NCBI RefSeq assembly: GCF_020745735.1
Contig: NC_083411.1
Location: 95,218,328-95,282,327, forward strand
Length of the DNA: 64,000 bases
Direction of reading: 5' to 3'
From: Hemiscyllium ocellatum
Taxonomy: Eukaryota
Part shown: in pieces, positions 23,448 through 37,191 of the stretch
Position numbering within the stretch: position 1 is the stretch's first letter
Layout of the letters: each line of letters begins with the position of its first letter
The notes under the pieces: model-generated
Database searches by the model: none
The model's input: the letters and a program-made list of their open reading frames with translations, nothing else
What the model was told of the DNA's origin: nothing
Position numbers and translations under genes: made by a program

Positions 23448-25334
23448 CTGTCTCATGAAGTGCTTAAAAGGTGGGAAGAGAATGTAACAAGACAAGCAGA
23501 TGGTGTACCTAAATCAAACTGTCTTCCCACCACACGTAGGATTAAGTCAGGGATGAGAAGGGCTATGCTCAGACTGTCAATGTACAGTGTGCATACCACA
23601 CAAATTGGTGCAACTGACTTGTGATTTGTCAGAGTGGTAGTGATTGGGGGGTGAGGGTTAGTGTAGGGGTCACTCACTCAACATGAAGAGAGTGCTGCTG
23701 ATAGCTAAAGCTCTTCTTTTGTTGCTGAAGCATTTATATCCCTCTTCCCATAATTCATAGCTGACAAAGTGCCATTACTTACCTGTGGCCTGGGTCATTC
23801 CTTGATTCTGATCCCTGTCTTGACCTCCACCATGGCAGAGTTTAGTAAAAGAACTAGCAGGCTCTACCTGGCTGACGACTTTCAGGAGGTGAAACTTACT
23901 CTTCCAGGGTCCTCATTTGAATGAAATTCCTTTCACTGGGCCACTCCTACCTGATTGACTTGTGGTTCAACAGGACCTCCTGAAAAGAGACCATAAGGAT
24001 GTCTTGTGAGCAAGACCCCCGTTGTCTCAACAAGGTTCTATCCAGTATTCTTCCCTTATTTTCTATGAGAGCATTGAAACTAACCACAAAATAGATACAC
24101 TTTTTTGTCCCACAGTAGTTCTTTTTTAACTTATAATAATTGCAATGCAAATTTAATTCTTTTTATTCAGTTATATTTTCAAAATATCAATTTGAAGAGG
24201 ATACAAATGTCAAGTTAATAATGGCTTAACAATTTGTATTGAAGCAGTTTATAAACCTATAAAATTAACATGAAAGATTGATTCCTCTGTACATCTTCCC
24301 ATCAAAATGGAACTGATGTAAACTGAAGGATCAACTAGTCTTATTGCATTTCCATTATTGATTAACTACTCTCACTGCATTTCCATTATTGATCAACTAG
24401 TTTCATGGCGCATTGCCATGACAGTATTACTGCTGACAACAGTCTGACTCTAATAGCAACATTGAAAATTGAACCAGATAACATTGCTGAATCTGGAGGC
24501 ACTGAGATCCAGCTCAAGACATTCTTCTGGCACCTCGAGATACCGCAGCCCCTATCACAGAATTCTATCACTTCTATATCTGGCTGACATTTTTCTTGTT
24601 AAACAAACATTTGTTTTTCTTGATTGCTAGCCTTGCTTGGCTATTAGGAAATTATGGCAACAAAAAATAATATAAAGTGTATATTTCTTGATCGCTGGTG
24701 GTTGGTTTCTCTTTTACAAAACGGACCAGAATTCACAGTAGTCTCAGGTAGAAGTGGAAACATTTCTGCAGCAAATGCCTCTGCTACATTCAAAGTCAAT
24801 TTTGCAGCCATAATAATGTAGCTGGAACTTAATATTTGTGACAGAGATCAACCCACTAGCTGGTAGGAATCTCCTTTGAGGAACTAAATACCTACAGTTA
24901 ACTGACCAGCATTGGGCATTCCTTGGATTAACAGCCCCACATCTGCTGACCAATTGGAGGCAAATCTATGGGGTTTATCTTTCTGTTGATGGCAGGACCC
25001 TTGATGAGGAAGTGAATGTCTTCAAGCAAGGGACTCCTTTCCACCCAAGAGCATAGAAACTGTTGCAAGGATAGAGTCAGCAAGTGTTAGAGAGGTATAA
25101 ATATGCAGCCTTATTGATATCGTGGATCTGTGGTACAAAGTACATTTCAGGGACGAAATTGACACCAGTGTTGTAAAGAGCCTGGGGCAATCCAAAACAG
25201 TTGTCATGACCACAGATTAAAACCTCACAGTGCTGTGATCATTTCAAATTTATAATTCCAAATGTGCTCTCTGCAAGACACACAAATGGCTGCGGATGTA
25301 AATTTAGTGGCTGTTTGGAGAGAGAACAATAGAA

Positions 25335-27191
25335 TGTCACAACCATGAATGTGAAGGGAATTTCAAACAATGACCCTTCAAAGTGGGGGTGGGGTGGGAG
25401 AAAGTCAAAACAAATTGGTCTATAGATCTCTTGTGACTGCAGAGATTATGAGGGATTGATGGTCCTCTGTGCAATATAAGACTCCCTCCTTCAGAATCTG
25501 GCCCAAATTGCCAAAAAAAAATTATGTTTTGCAAAGAATACAAAAGGACAGGGGTTTAAAAGCAGTTTAATCTTTATTGAAGTGTAATCGTGCGTCTAAA
25601 CATTCTTATGCCTATATATAGAAGTGTTAGTGTATTGTGAAGGTCAAGAACTAGCTTAAAGGTAGAAGACAGAGCTGATGATGGAGGGTTGTTTTTCAGA
25701 CTGGAGGCCACAAGGATTGATGCTGGGTCTACTACTTTTCATCATTTATACAAATGATTTGAATGTGAGCATAAGTGATATAGTTAGTAAGTTTGCAGAT
25801 GATACCAAAATTGGGGGTGTAGTGGACAGCAACGAAGGTACCTTGGATCACAATGGGATCTTGATCAGATGGGTCAATGGGCCGAGGAGTGGCAGATGGA
25901 GTTTAATTCAGATAAATGTGAGGTGCCGCATTTTGGAAAAGCAAATGTTAAGCAGAACTTATACACTTAATGTAAGGTCCTAGGGAGTGTTGCTGAACAA
26001 AGAGACCTTGGAGTGCAGGCTCATAGCTCCTTGAAAGTAGAGTCGCAGGTAGACAGGATAGTGAAGAAGGCGTTTGGTATGGTTTCCGTTATTGGTCAGA
26101 GTATTGAGTACAGGAGTTGGGAGGTCATGTTGCGGCTGTACAGGGCATTGGTTAGGCCACTTTTGGAATATTGTGTGCAATTCTGGTCTCCTTCCTATCG
26201 GCAGGATGTTGTGAAACTTTAAAAGGTTTAGAAAAGATTGACAAGGTCATTGCTAGTGTTTGGAGGATTTGAGCTATAGGGAGAGGCTGAATAGGCTGGG
26301 GCTGTTTTTGCTGGAGTGTTGGAGGCTGAGGGGGTGACCTCATAGAGATTTATAAAATCATGAGGGGCATGGATAGGGTAAATAGGCAAGCTCTTTTCCC
26401 TGAGGTGGGGGAGTCCAGAACTAGAAGACATAGGTTTAGAGTGAGAGGGGAAAGATATAAAAGAGACCTAAGGGGCAACCTTTTCATGCAGAGGGTGGTG
26501 TGTGTGTGGAATGAGCTGCCAGAGAAAGTTGTGGAGGATGACACAATTGCAACATTTAAAAGGCAACTGGATGGGTATATGAATAGGAAGGGTTTAGAGG
26601 GATATGGGCTGGCTGCTGGCAGATGGCAGTAGATTGATTTGGGATATCTGGTCAGCATGGATGAGTTGACCGAAGTATTATTAAATCATGAAATCACAGC
26701 TACAGAATCTCAACCAATCTACAAAACTAAGGATTGTGAGACCGTCTGTTTAGCCAACAAAACCAATCTTACTGGTAACCTCCACCAAATGGCCATAATG
26801 TTCAAACAATGAACAATTCTGAGAATGATCCGTAAATGTGACTGTTTTAACTTTTACACTTTGGAATCGCCTCTTGTTCTTAATCTGTATGTATGTGTAT
26901 TGCATTACTAATTCTTCTTGCACTTAATCATTTATGACCTAATTCTTTGTTTACTCAAGAAAGCCTGATTAAACTGGCTCCTTTTAAACTTATGTTTGCC
27001 CCTGGGAGAAAGTGATCCACAAGGGAAGCAATTTGATTTTAAATTAACCTTTAGGTGACCCACCAAGGAGGCTGATGATTAACAGTGGGGGGTTAGTTGG
27101 TCCCTCATTACCCAAGGGCTTAATAACGTTGGGCATTCCTGTCTGGAACTTAACAAGTGGGGGAACCTCACCTGGGGGTCTGGTTGTATCA
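25335..27191 (+). mobile_element. Solo LTR (Gypsy/ERV-like), interrupted by CR1 25650-26675
   Basis: Termini TGTCACAACC...GGTTGTATCA (TG..CA, short inverted repeat). ACTCAAGAAAGCCTGATTAA is shared with the inverted fragment at 50930-51105. Confidence 0.6.
25650..26675 (+). mobile_element. CR1 3' ~1 kb (RT C-terminal half and tail)
   Basis: SKFADDTKIGG, LYRALVRPLLEYCVQFWSP, WNELP, 3' UTR. Confidence 0.95.
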
Positions 27192-27559
27192 TAATTGCTA
27201 AGACGTGTAACTGAAGTCAGTGTTGATAGAGAACATAGTGTGTCGCAAAGATTGAATAAAATAGATTTAGTCTGGTCAATAGGTATTTGGAGAAAACCTC
27301 TTCTTGTTAAATATTGAATATAGGACAAGAATTCTGATTATATTGAGAGACGTAGTGATGAGGTTGAACTGGGTCCTTTGTGTGTGTGCAAAAACTGATG
27401 TCACCTGGGATTTTGTCAACAGCCAGTCATTGCCAACATGGTGACTTAAACTATGCACCCCGTCTGTCTTCTCTCTCTTTATCCTTCCCTGTGTGATTAT
27501 TTGAATTTCGTAGTAACATTAGCATTAATGGAAAATACGATCAGTTTAGTGATTGGCAA

Positions 27560-28200
27560 AGCCCAGTGTTAGAAGCACTAAAAGGACCCTCCATTTCTTG
27601 AGCAAGCTACATGACGGTTAAATCAGAGCAGTCCCACAATTCCATGATGCCTCCCTTCACATTGTTTTCCAGGCCCAGGAGCAGCAGTAGGCGTTCTTTT
27701 CTGGAGATGTATTGAAGATTCCTGTGACAAAGCTGGATGTAGTTCAGGGAACAGGCCGATGGTTTGCTCCACTCTGCGAGAGCAAGAGCCATGTTGCATC
27801 CTTAACTGTAATCTTCCCGTGTGGTTACCAATCACGTATATGTGTAAGTGGGCTGCGATGCCAGTGAGTGAATGTGTGAATAGCTTTAGTATCACTTAGC
27901 AACTGAGGCCAAAGTACATGGAAGCTTGTTTTTTGTGTGTGCTTGCACACAACATTTCAATGGCAGCACTGTATCTATGATGGGGATATAAACTGACAAG
28001 GGAGTTGGGTGTTACTTGATGTGTCACTAACTGTGCCTTTTGACATGCAGGACAATTGAATACTCATGTGAAGAACTGCACAGGAGGAGACATTCCTGAC
28101 TCCACGCTCCTCTCAATAGCCAAGGCGGAGGCAATGAAGTTCACTGGTGAAAAGGTAGCATGATTAATCACAAGTGATGAGGCTGGACTGAACAGGAGTA
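27560..28200 (-). mobile_element. PIF/Harbinger DDE nuclease (HARBI1-like) remnant
   Basis: Minus ORF 27623-27895 contains H..SRRVEQTIGL, matching the H.xTR.xVEQTIGLLK motif. An adjacent frame contains LQY. Confidence 0.6.
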
Positions 28201-28209
28201 AGGAGGAAA

Positions 28210-29728
28210 AATCATAGAGTCATAGAGATGTACAGCATGTCCATGCTGACCAGATATCTGAAGGCAATCTAGTCCCACCTGCCAGCACCTGGCCCATATC
28301 CCTCCAAACCCTTCAGAGTTATATACCTATCCAGATGCCTTTAAATGTGATTGTACCAGCCTCCACCACGTTCTCTGGCAGCTCATTCCATACACACACC
28401 ACCTTCTGCATGAAATAGCTGCCCCTTAAGGTCTCTTTTGTATCTTTCCCCTTTTATCGTAAACCTATGCCCTCTAGTTCTGGACTCACCCAACCCAGGG
28501 AAAAGACTTTGTCTGTTTATCCTATCCATGTTCCTTATCATTTTGTAAACCTCTATAAGGTCACCCCTCAGCCTCTGATGCTCCAGAGAAAACAGTCCTT
28601 GCCTAGTCAGCCTCTCCTTATAGCACAAATCCTCCAACATTGACAACATCCTTGTAAATCTTTTCTCAACCCTTTAAAGTTTCACAACATCTTTCTGATA
28701 GGAAGGAGACCAGAGTTGCATGCAATATTCCGACAGTGGCCTAACCAATGTCCTGCACAGCCGCAACATGACCTTCAAAATCCTGCACTCAATATTCTCC
28801 AATAAAGGAAAGCATACTAAATGCCTTCTTCACTATCCTATCTACCTGTGACTCTAATTTCAAGGAGCTATGAACCTGTACTCCAAAGTCTCTTTAGGAC
28901 CTGTACTCCAAAGTCTCTGTACTCCAAAGTCTCTTTAACACTCCCTAGGACCTTACCATTACATGTATAAGTCTTGTTAAGATTTGCTTTCCTAAAATGC
29001 AGCACCTCGCATTTATCTGAATTAAACTCCATCTGCTATTTCTCAGCCCATTGACCCATCAGATCAAGATCCTGTTGTACTCTGAGGTAATCTTCTTTGC
29101 TGTCCACTACACTTCCAATTTTGGTGTCATCTGCAAACTTACTAATTATACCTCTTATGCTCACATCCAAACCACTTATATAAATGATGAAAAGTAGTGG
29201 ACCCAGCACTGATCCTTGTGGCAGTCCACTGGTCACAGGTCTCCAGTCTGAAAAACAACCCTCCACCACCACCCTCTGTCTTCTACCTTTGAGCCAGTTC
29301 TGTATCCAAATGGCTAGTTCTCCCTGTATTCCATGAGATCTAACCTTGCTAACCAGTCTCCTATGGGAAACCTTGTCAAAGGCCTTACTGAAATCCATAT
29401 AGATCACGTCCACTGGTCTGCCCTCATCAATCCTCTTTGTTATTTCTTCAAAAAATGCAATCAAGCTTATGAGACATGATTTCCTATGCACAAAGCCATG
29501 TTGGCTATCCTTAATCAGTCCTTGCCTTTCCAAATACATGTACATCCTATCCCTCAGGATTCCCTCCAGCAACTTGCCCACCACTGATGTCAGGTTCACT
29601 GGCTTGTCCTTACCACCTTTCTTAAACAGTGGCACCACGTTAGCCAACCTCCAGTCTTCCAGCACCTCACCTATGACTATTGATTATACAAATATCTCAG
29701 TAAAAGTCCCAGCAATCACTTCCCTAGC
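28210..29728 (-). mobile_element. CR1 3' 1.5 kb including the RT domain
   Basis: ORF 29036-29665: VPLFKKG, DFSKAFDKV, GLPQGSVLGP, KFADD. Tail ATCATAGAGTCATAGAG. Confidence 0.97.
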
Positions 29729-30559
29729 GGTAATTACTCTGGTGGTCACAATAGTAACATGATGGATGTGAAGATGTGCTCAAAGTGTGAGATGATCCTA
29801 AATGTGAAATCTAAATCTGTTCTGTTCTTCACTAGAAGTTATCACCAGCCAAGGACCAGGTTGTGGCCACAGGAGATGCCTAATGGCTCCATTTCTCTGG
29901 TAAAGAAGCTTGAGCAGCCATAAAAATCCCTTTGGATGTGCTGAAGAGGTTGGGAAACTATGTCAGAGATTCCAGGGGTTATGGACAGCTTTGCATGGAG
30001 ACTGCAGGAGGCCTTACCATCCGTGAGTTCTCCACGTCTCAGGCATTTAAGCACAAGCCTTTGTCCATGAAGAAGAGAACCTCTTCAACCATTGCTCTAG
30101 CTACAAACTCTGTGTTAGCACACTAGAGGTGGAGAAGCTCCTTGAGTTTTCTTCAGGAGCTGCTTCCTCTCAGGGAGATTGGGAGGTGACATTGTACATT
30201 AGATTAAGGAGGTGTGTATGCCAGCTGCCTCAGGCCTTCCATCTCAGAACAACCCCAGAGTTAGCAGTGTCTCCTCATCCTTTCCAACATTGACCCCAAC
30301 AATTTGAGCAAACAAAGCTGAGAAGGACACCTCTGAATAAGTGCAGGAGTCCTCAGTAATATTTGAAAGCTCAAGACTCTGAACTAAAAAGGACGCTGAC
30401 CACATCATCCAAAGTAATAAGGCATGTGTAACAAGGCAAGTAACAAGGCATCCTCCATTTCAACTGCTGTTGTTGGGATTACACCTAGATTAAAAAAAAC
30501 TATAAAAAGAAATTTGCATGAGTAATTTTTCTATTGCTGCCTCACTTGTTATAATAAAT

Positions 30560-31000
30560 ACATATAACTTATTTCTGTAATCATTTAAGACTATTGAGGA
30601 TGACTGGGATCTGTTGTAGTATCAAATGTAATGTTTGTGATGTGGTCTAACAATGTGATGGCTTGACAGGGGATAGGGCATTAGAGCTGAATGTGATGAG
30701 TTGTACTTTTGCACGTTTGTTTCTGAACATTCTTGTAAATTGTTGTTTCTGTCATGATTATTCTGTGGCATATGTTCAGTGCTTGCTTCATCCATGCACT
30801 TCAGATAATATTGACTCACTTTACTGTGCTGTGTAATACAGTTACATTCAAACCACTTTAAAGATGGTATGGAACAAGAATAATTGGAAAAGACAGTTGT
30901 TAAATGAATGGTTACATACTTCTCAGATGTCTTCATTATTAGAACACACTAATGACTGTGTGTGAATCAAAGGTCGATTCTCCATTCTATTCTAGGCATT
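30560..31000 (-). mobile_element. Possible Harbinger remnant
   Basis: Weak resemblance (YLKCMD..HMPQ) to the HARBI1 RFRCLD..LQYxP region; heavily decayed. Confidence 0.3.
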
Positions 31001-33054
31001 GCTGGTCTGACATCTAGAGGTAATTTGTTCTTGCCTCTGGATGTATTGAAGAAACCAGTGCCTGCCTTCATAGATGCATTCCCTGATGTCTGCATCCAGT
31101 CTGTCTCTCTGGGCCTTCTTGGTGTTGGCCTTGCAGTTTCTGATGTTGGACAGCATAAATGTTCCTTCTTCACATTCTTTCCTCCTGTTTTAGATGTTGC
31201 AGGAATATCACGTGAAAGAGACCTATACTAATGGCAATAATTGCACTGTGTAAACAAAGGCTTACATACCTGTCGGAGCATGTTCATCTGTTGTTCTCGT
31301 CTATTTAGCTAATTGGTCAAGTGTGCACAATATAAACTCCACCTAGCCATAATGACTTACTTCCCACTTCAATAAAATTATATTCAGAAAAGATGAATTT
31401 CAAGAGATTGACTAAAATGATAGTCTATGTTACATTCAAAACCTGATCCTGATCCTTCTGCCCTAATTGTATCACTGTCACATTTGCCCCTAAACTTCAC
31501 CTTCACTCTACCCTCTGTTATTGCTGAACCTTATCCTGTCAGCTTAAATCCTAATATCAAGAGACTAGAACTTTCCCTCCATTGCATGTCTTTGCAATCA
31601 CGGCCGGGGACAGAAAGCATGAGGCATAGTGCTGCTCCTGGTGTAGACCCTAGGCAGAAAAACCTCTGGCCTGACCCCAATGAGAGCACAGCAAGCCCAC
31701 TCCATTGGGCTCAGTGGGCTCCTTAGAGCCCAGGGCCTGGTAATGAGGCTCTGAGATACCCCCAGAACCTGCACTACACAAGCACCAAGCTCTTCACACC
31801 CTCACTTCCATCACTGTGCATTGAGACACCCAAACAGCAACTTTCCACACCTACTGTCTTGCCTCACAGAGTTCAACATAGGCACTCACTTAACTTGTGC
31901 ATGTCATCTTTAAATAGCTTCTCAATTGGATGCCATGAGTTCACTTTATTTTGAAGTAGGCCTTTATTCAAAGCACTTCACATTGTTAAATATAAACTTG
32001 CCACAGGCCAGAATAACACTTGTCATGGTGCAAACACGATGCTGGCTTTATCTCTGCATTTCAGCCATGGCCAGAAAACTGGAATTTCTCATTCTACCTA
32101 ATTCAGTCATCCTGCAGACCACATTCCCTGCCCTTATCGATTCAATAACACTCCCTACATCCTGTTTTTGATTAACTCTCCATCTAACAATATCTGCCTG
32201 AGTAATCATGGTTATATAAGGACAGATGTCTAGGAACCTCTGAGGCAAAGCCATTCTAAAGAGTTCTCTGGCAATGATTGAGTGGTAAGAATGAAACTTA
32301 TTAAGTCCCATCGCAAGAAGTATCTTTAAAATATGAAAGGGAACATAGGAAATTGCATAAGACTTTATCACTTACTACTTAAAAGTTCAATTTTCCAGTG
32401 CAGTAGTAAAATTGCAGGTTATGCATAGCTGGAGACAGGCAGTAAACTTGTGAACTTTCAGAACATATAGATATTCACTTTCTGCTTTAATTAATTCTCA
32501 AGTTTAACCTTTGTTTTTGATCCTTGCATATTTTCTGGAAATGGCTCACTTCTTTACAAAAGTTGCAATGGTGTAACAAAGCTGGACATTATTTCAGTTA
32601 TGTAGTTTTTAACTCCATAGATGGAACAGTTACTTCAAGTATCCAGTGATTAAAAGACATCATGCACTGGTCTATCAGATGAAGCTTTGCAGTTTTGATT
32701 GACTTTCTCACTGCATCATCCTCCTGGGATGTGTTGACAGAAACATAAAGATCTACAATACAGAAGGAGGCAATTTGGGCCATTGTATCTGCAATAGCTC
32801 TTCAAATGACTGCTATTGCCTCCTGCCAAACTTCTGTCTTTTCATTGCACATGATTTTGTTTGTTATTTCTATCCAAATAGTCATCCAATACCCACTTGA
32901 ATGTTTCCATTTGAACCTGCCTCCACCTCACATCCAGGCAGTGCATACCAAACTTTAACTAATCACTGCGTGAAAAATATTTTTCTCAACTCTCATTTGC
33001 TGTTTTGCAAATTACAGAAAATCAGTGCACTCTGGTTTGTGAACCTTGGATGAG

Positions 33055-33402
33055 TTTTATTTGATTTATTCATGGGATGCAGGTTTACTGGCTAGGCCAG
33101 GATTTACTGCTCATCGCTAATTACACAGAGGGCAGGTAAAGGTTAATCACATTGCTGTAAGGCTCGAGTCATGTGTAGGCCACACCATGTAAGGATGGCA
33201 GTTTCCTTCCAGAAAGAACATGAGTGAACCAGATGGGATTTTCTGTCAATTGAAAATGGCTTTATGGTCATCATTAGACTCTTAGTTCCAGATTTCTTAA
33301 TTAAGTTAAAATTCTACCATTTATCATCGTCTGATTCAAACTCAGGCCCCCAGAACCTGATTCTCGAGATTAACAGTCTAGCATTAATACCACTGGACCA
33401 TT
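33055..33402 (-). mobile_element. tRNA-headed SINE sharing its 3' tail with the CR1/L2-group LINE at 55305
   Basis: Homologous to 52190-53490. Tail ATTCATGGGATG..CTGGCTAGGCCAG..ATTTA.TGC.CATC. Confidence 0.8.
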
Positions 33403-36400
33403 AAAGAATAATAGAGATGTACAGCATGGAAACAGACCTTCAGTCCAACCCGTCCATGCCGACCAGATATCCTAAGCCAACCTAGTCCCACTGCCAGCAC
33501 CCGGCCCATATCCCTCCAAACCCCATTGCTCTTCATATACACATCCAAATGCCTTTTAAATGTTACAGTTGTACCTGCCTCCACCACTTCCTCTGGCAGT
33601 TCATTCCATACACATACCATCCTCTGCGTGAAAAAGCTGCCCCTTAGGTCTCTTTCATATCTTTCCCCTCTCACCCTAAATCTGTCCCCTCTAGTTCTGG
33701 ACTGGCCCACCCCATGGAAAATACTTTGTCTATTTATCCTATCCACGCCCCTCATCATTTTGTAAACCTCTATAAGGTCACCCCCTCAGCTCCGACGTTC
33801 CAGAGAAGACACCCCAGCCTGTTCAGCCTCTCCCTATTGCTCAAATCTTCCAACTCTGGCTACATCCTTGTAAATAATTTCCAAACCCTTTAAAATTTCA
33901 CTACACCTTTCTGATAGGAAGGAGACCAGAATTACACGCAATATTCCAACAGTGGCCTACCCAATGTCCTGTACAGCTGTAACATGACCTCCCAACTCCT
34001 GTACTCTTTACTCTGGCCAATATAGGAAAGCATACCAAACGCCTTCTTCATTATCCTATCTACCTGCGACTCCACTTTCAAGGAGCTTTGAACCTGCATT
34101 CCAAGGTTTCTTTGTTCAGCAACACTCCCTAGGACCTTACCATAAAGTGTATAAGTCCTGCTAAGATATGCTTTCCCAAAATTGGAATTAAACTCCATCT
34201 GACGCTTCTCAGCCCATTGGCCCGTCTGATCAAGATCCTGTTGTACTCTGAGGTAACCCTCTTTGTTGTCCACTACACCTCCAATTTTGGTGTCATCTGC
34301 AAACTTTAGTAAGTTTGTACCTCTTATGTTCGCATCCAAATCATTTATATAATTGACGAAAAGTAGTGGACCCAGCATCGATCCTTGTGGCACTCCACTG
34401 TTCACAGGCCTCCATTCTGAAAAACAACCCTCCACCATCATTCTCTGTCTTCTACCTTTGAGCCAGTTCTGTATCCAAATGGCTATTCTCCTTGTATTCT
34501 GTGAGATCCAACCTTGTTAACCAGTCTCTCATGGGGAACTTGTCGAACACCTTACTGAAATCTATATAGATCACATCTAATGCTCTGGCCTCATCAATCC
34601 TCTTTGTTACTTCTTCAAAAAACCCAATCAAGTTTGTGAGACATGATTTCCCACACACAAAGCCATGTTGACTATCTCTAATCAGTCCTTGCCTTTCCAA
34701 ATACATGTACATCCTGTCCCTCAGGATTCCCTCCAACAACTTGCCCACCACCGACATCAGGCTCACTGGTCTATAGTTCCCTGGCTTGTCCCTACTGCCT
34801 TTCTTAAACAATGGCACCATGTTAGCCAACCTCCAGTCTACCGGCACCTCACCTGTGACTATCGATGATACAAATATCTCAGCAAGAGGCCCAGCAATCA
34901 CTTCCCTTGTTTCCCACAGAGTTCTAGGGTCTGATCAGATCCTGGGGATTTATTCACTTTTATGCATTTCAAGACATCCAGGACTTCCTCCTCTGTAATA
35001 TAGATATTTTTCAAGATGTCACCATCTATTTACCTACAGTCTATATCTTCCATGTCCTTTTCCACAGTAAATACTGATGCAAAATACACATTTAGTATCT
35101 CCCCCATTTTCTGCTGCTCCATACAAAGACTGCCTTGCTGATCTGAGGGGCTCTATTCGCTCCCTCGTTACCCTTTTGTTCTTAATGTATTTGTAAAAAC
35201 CTTTTGGATTCTCTTTAATTCTGTTTGCCAAAGCTATCTCATGTCCTTTTTTTGCCTTCCTGATTTCCCTCTTAAATATACTCCTACTGCCTTTATACTC
35301 TTCTAAGGATTCACTCAATCTATCCTGTCTATACATGATTCCTTCTTTTTCTTATCCAAACCCTCAATTTCTTTAGTCATCCAGCATTCCCTATACCCAC
35401 CAGCCTTTCCTTTCACCCTGACAGGAATATACTTTCTTTGAATTCTCGTGATGTCATTTCTGAAAGCTTCCCATTTTCCAGCCATCCCTTTACCTGCGAA
35501 TATCTGCCCCCAGTCAGCTTTCAAAAGTTCTTGCCTAATACCGTCAAAATTGGCCTTTCTCCAATATAGAACTTCAACTTTTAGATCTGGTCTATCCTTT
35601 TCCATCACTATTTTAAATCTAATAGAATTATGATCGCTGGCCCCAAAGTGCTCCCCCACTGACACCTCAGTCACCTGCCCTGCTGTATTTCCCAAGAGTA
35701 GGCCAAGTTTTGCACCTTCTCTAGTAGGTACATCCACATACTGAATCAGAAAATTTTCTTGTACACACTTAACAAATTCCTTTCCATCTAAACCCTTAAC
35801 AGTATGTCAGTCCCAGTCAATGTTTGGAAAGTTAAAATTTCCTACCATAACCACAGTATAATTCTTACAGATAGCTGAGATCGCCTTAGAAGTTTGTTTC
35901 TCAATTTCCTTTTGACTATTAGGGGGTCTATAATACAATCCCAATAAGGTGATCATTCCTTTCTTATTTCTCAGTTCCACTCAAATAACTTCCCTGGATA
36001 TATTTCCGGGAATCTCCTTCTTCAGTAAACTGTAATGCTATCCCTTATCAAAAACCCCACTCCCCCTCCTCTCTTGCCTCCCTTTCTATCCTTCCTGTAG
36101 CATTTGTATCCTGGAACATTAAGCTGCCAGTCCTGCCCATCCCTGAGCCATGTTTCTGTAATTACTATGATATCCCAGTCCCATGTTCCTAACCATGCCC
36201 TGAGTTCATCTGCCTTCCCTGTTAGGCCGCATTCATTGAAATAAATACAGTTTAATATATTAGTCCTACCTTGTCCCTGCCTACCCTGACTGTTTGGCTC
36301 ACTTCTGTTCACAACTGTACTAGTCTCAGATTGATTTGTTTCCTCACTATCTCCCTGGGTACCACGTTACGAGTTTAAATCCTCCCAGCCAGTTTATCAA

Positions 36401-37191
36401 TCCCCTTCCAACTTAGGTGCAATCCGTCCTTCTTGTACAGGTCACTTCTACCCCAAAAGAGATTCCAATGATCCAAAAATGTGAATCCTTCTCCCATACA
36501 CCAGCTCCTCAGCCATGCATTCATCTGCTCTATCCTCCTATTCCTGCCCTCACTAGGTCGTAGCACTGGGAGTAATCCAGATATTACTCAACTCGAGGAC
36601 CTCCTTTTTAGATTGCTGCCTAACTCTCTGTAATCTCCCTTCAGAATCTCAACCTTTTCCCTTCCTATATCGTTGGTTCCAATGTGGACAATGACCTCTT
36701 GGTGGCCCCTCTCCCCCTTGAGAACATTCTTCATCCTCTGAGAAATCCTTGATCCTGGCACCAGGGAAACAATACACCATTCTGATTTTTCGCTGCTGGC
36801 CACGGAAACATCTGTCTGTACCTTGGACTAGAGAGTCTCTTAACACAATTGATCTCTTGGAACCTGACGCACCCTCATTGCATTAGAGCCAGTCTCAATA
36901 CCAGAAACTTCGCTGTTCGTGCTACGTTCCCCTGAGAATCCATTACCCCGTACATTTTCCAAAACAGCATACTTGTTTGAAATGGGGATAGCCACAGAAG
37001 ACTCCTGCACTAACTGCCTACCTATCTTACCTTTCTTGGAGTTAACCCATCTATGTGACTGTATCTGAAACTTTCCCCATTTCCTATAACTGCTATCTAT
37101 CACATACTGTTGCTGTTGCAAATTCCTCATTGCCTCTAACTGTCTCTCCAACCGATCCATTCGATCTGATAGAATTCGCAATCAACAGCAT
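33403..37191 (-). mobile_element. Near full-length CR1 (HER1-type) LINE, 5'-truncated in ORF1 and frameshifted
   Basis: ORF1 SGNH motifs (VHIGTNDIG, DGLHL); ORF2 APE (ITETWL, GASDHN); RT (GNYRPVSL, GVPQGSMLGP, KFADD); 3' UTR. Confidence 0.97.

Noticed and set aside
27519-27529. Partial miRNA matches (miR-155-like here; miR-205-like at ~57248; miR-222-like at ~1000)
   Set aside because: 10-12 nt matches without hairpins; expected by chance.
29036-29665. 209-aa reverse transcriptase ORF as a host gene or retron-like system
   Set aside because: Ordinary 5'-truncated CR1 ORF2 fragment with a neighbouring stop and frameshifts.
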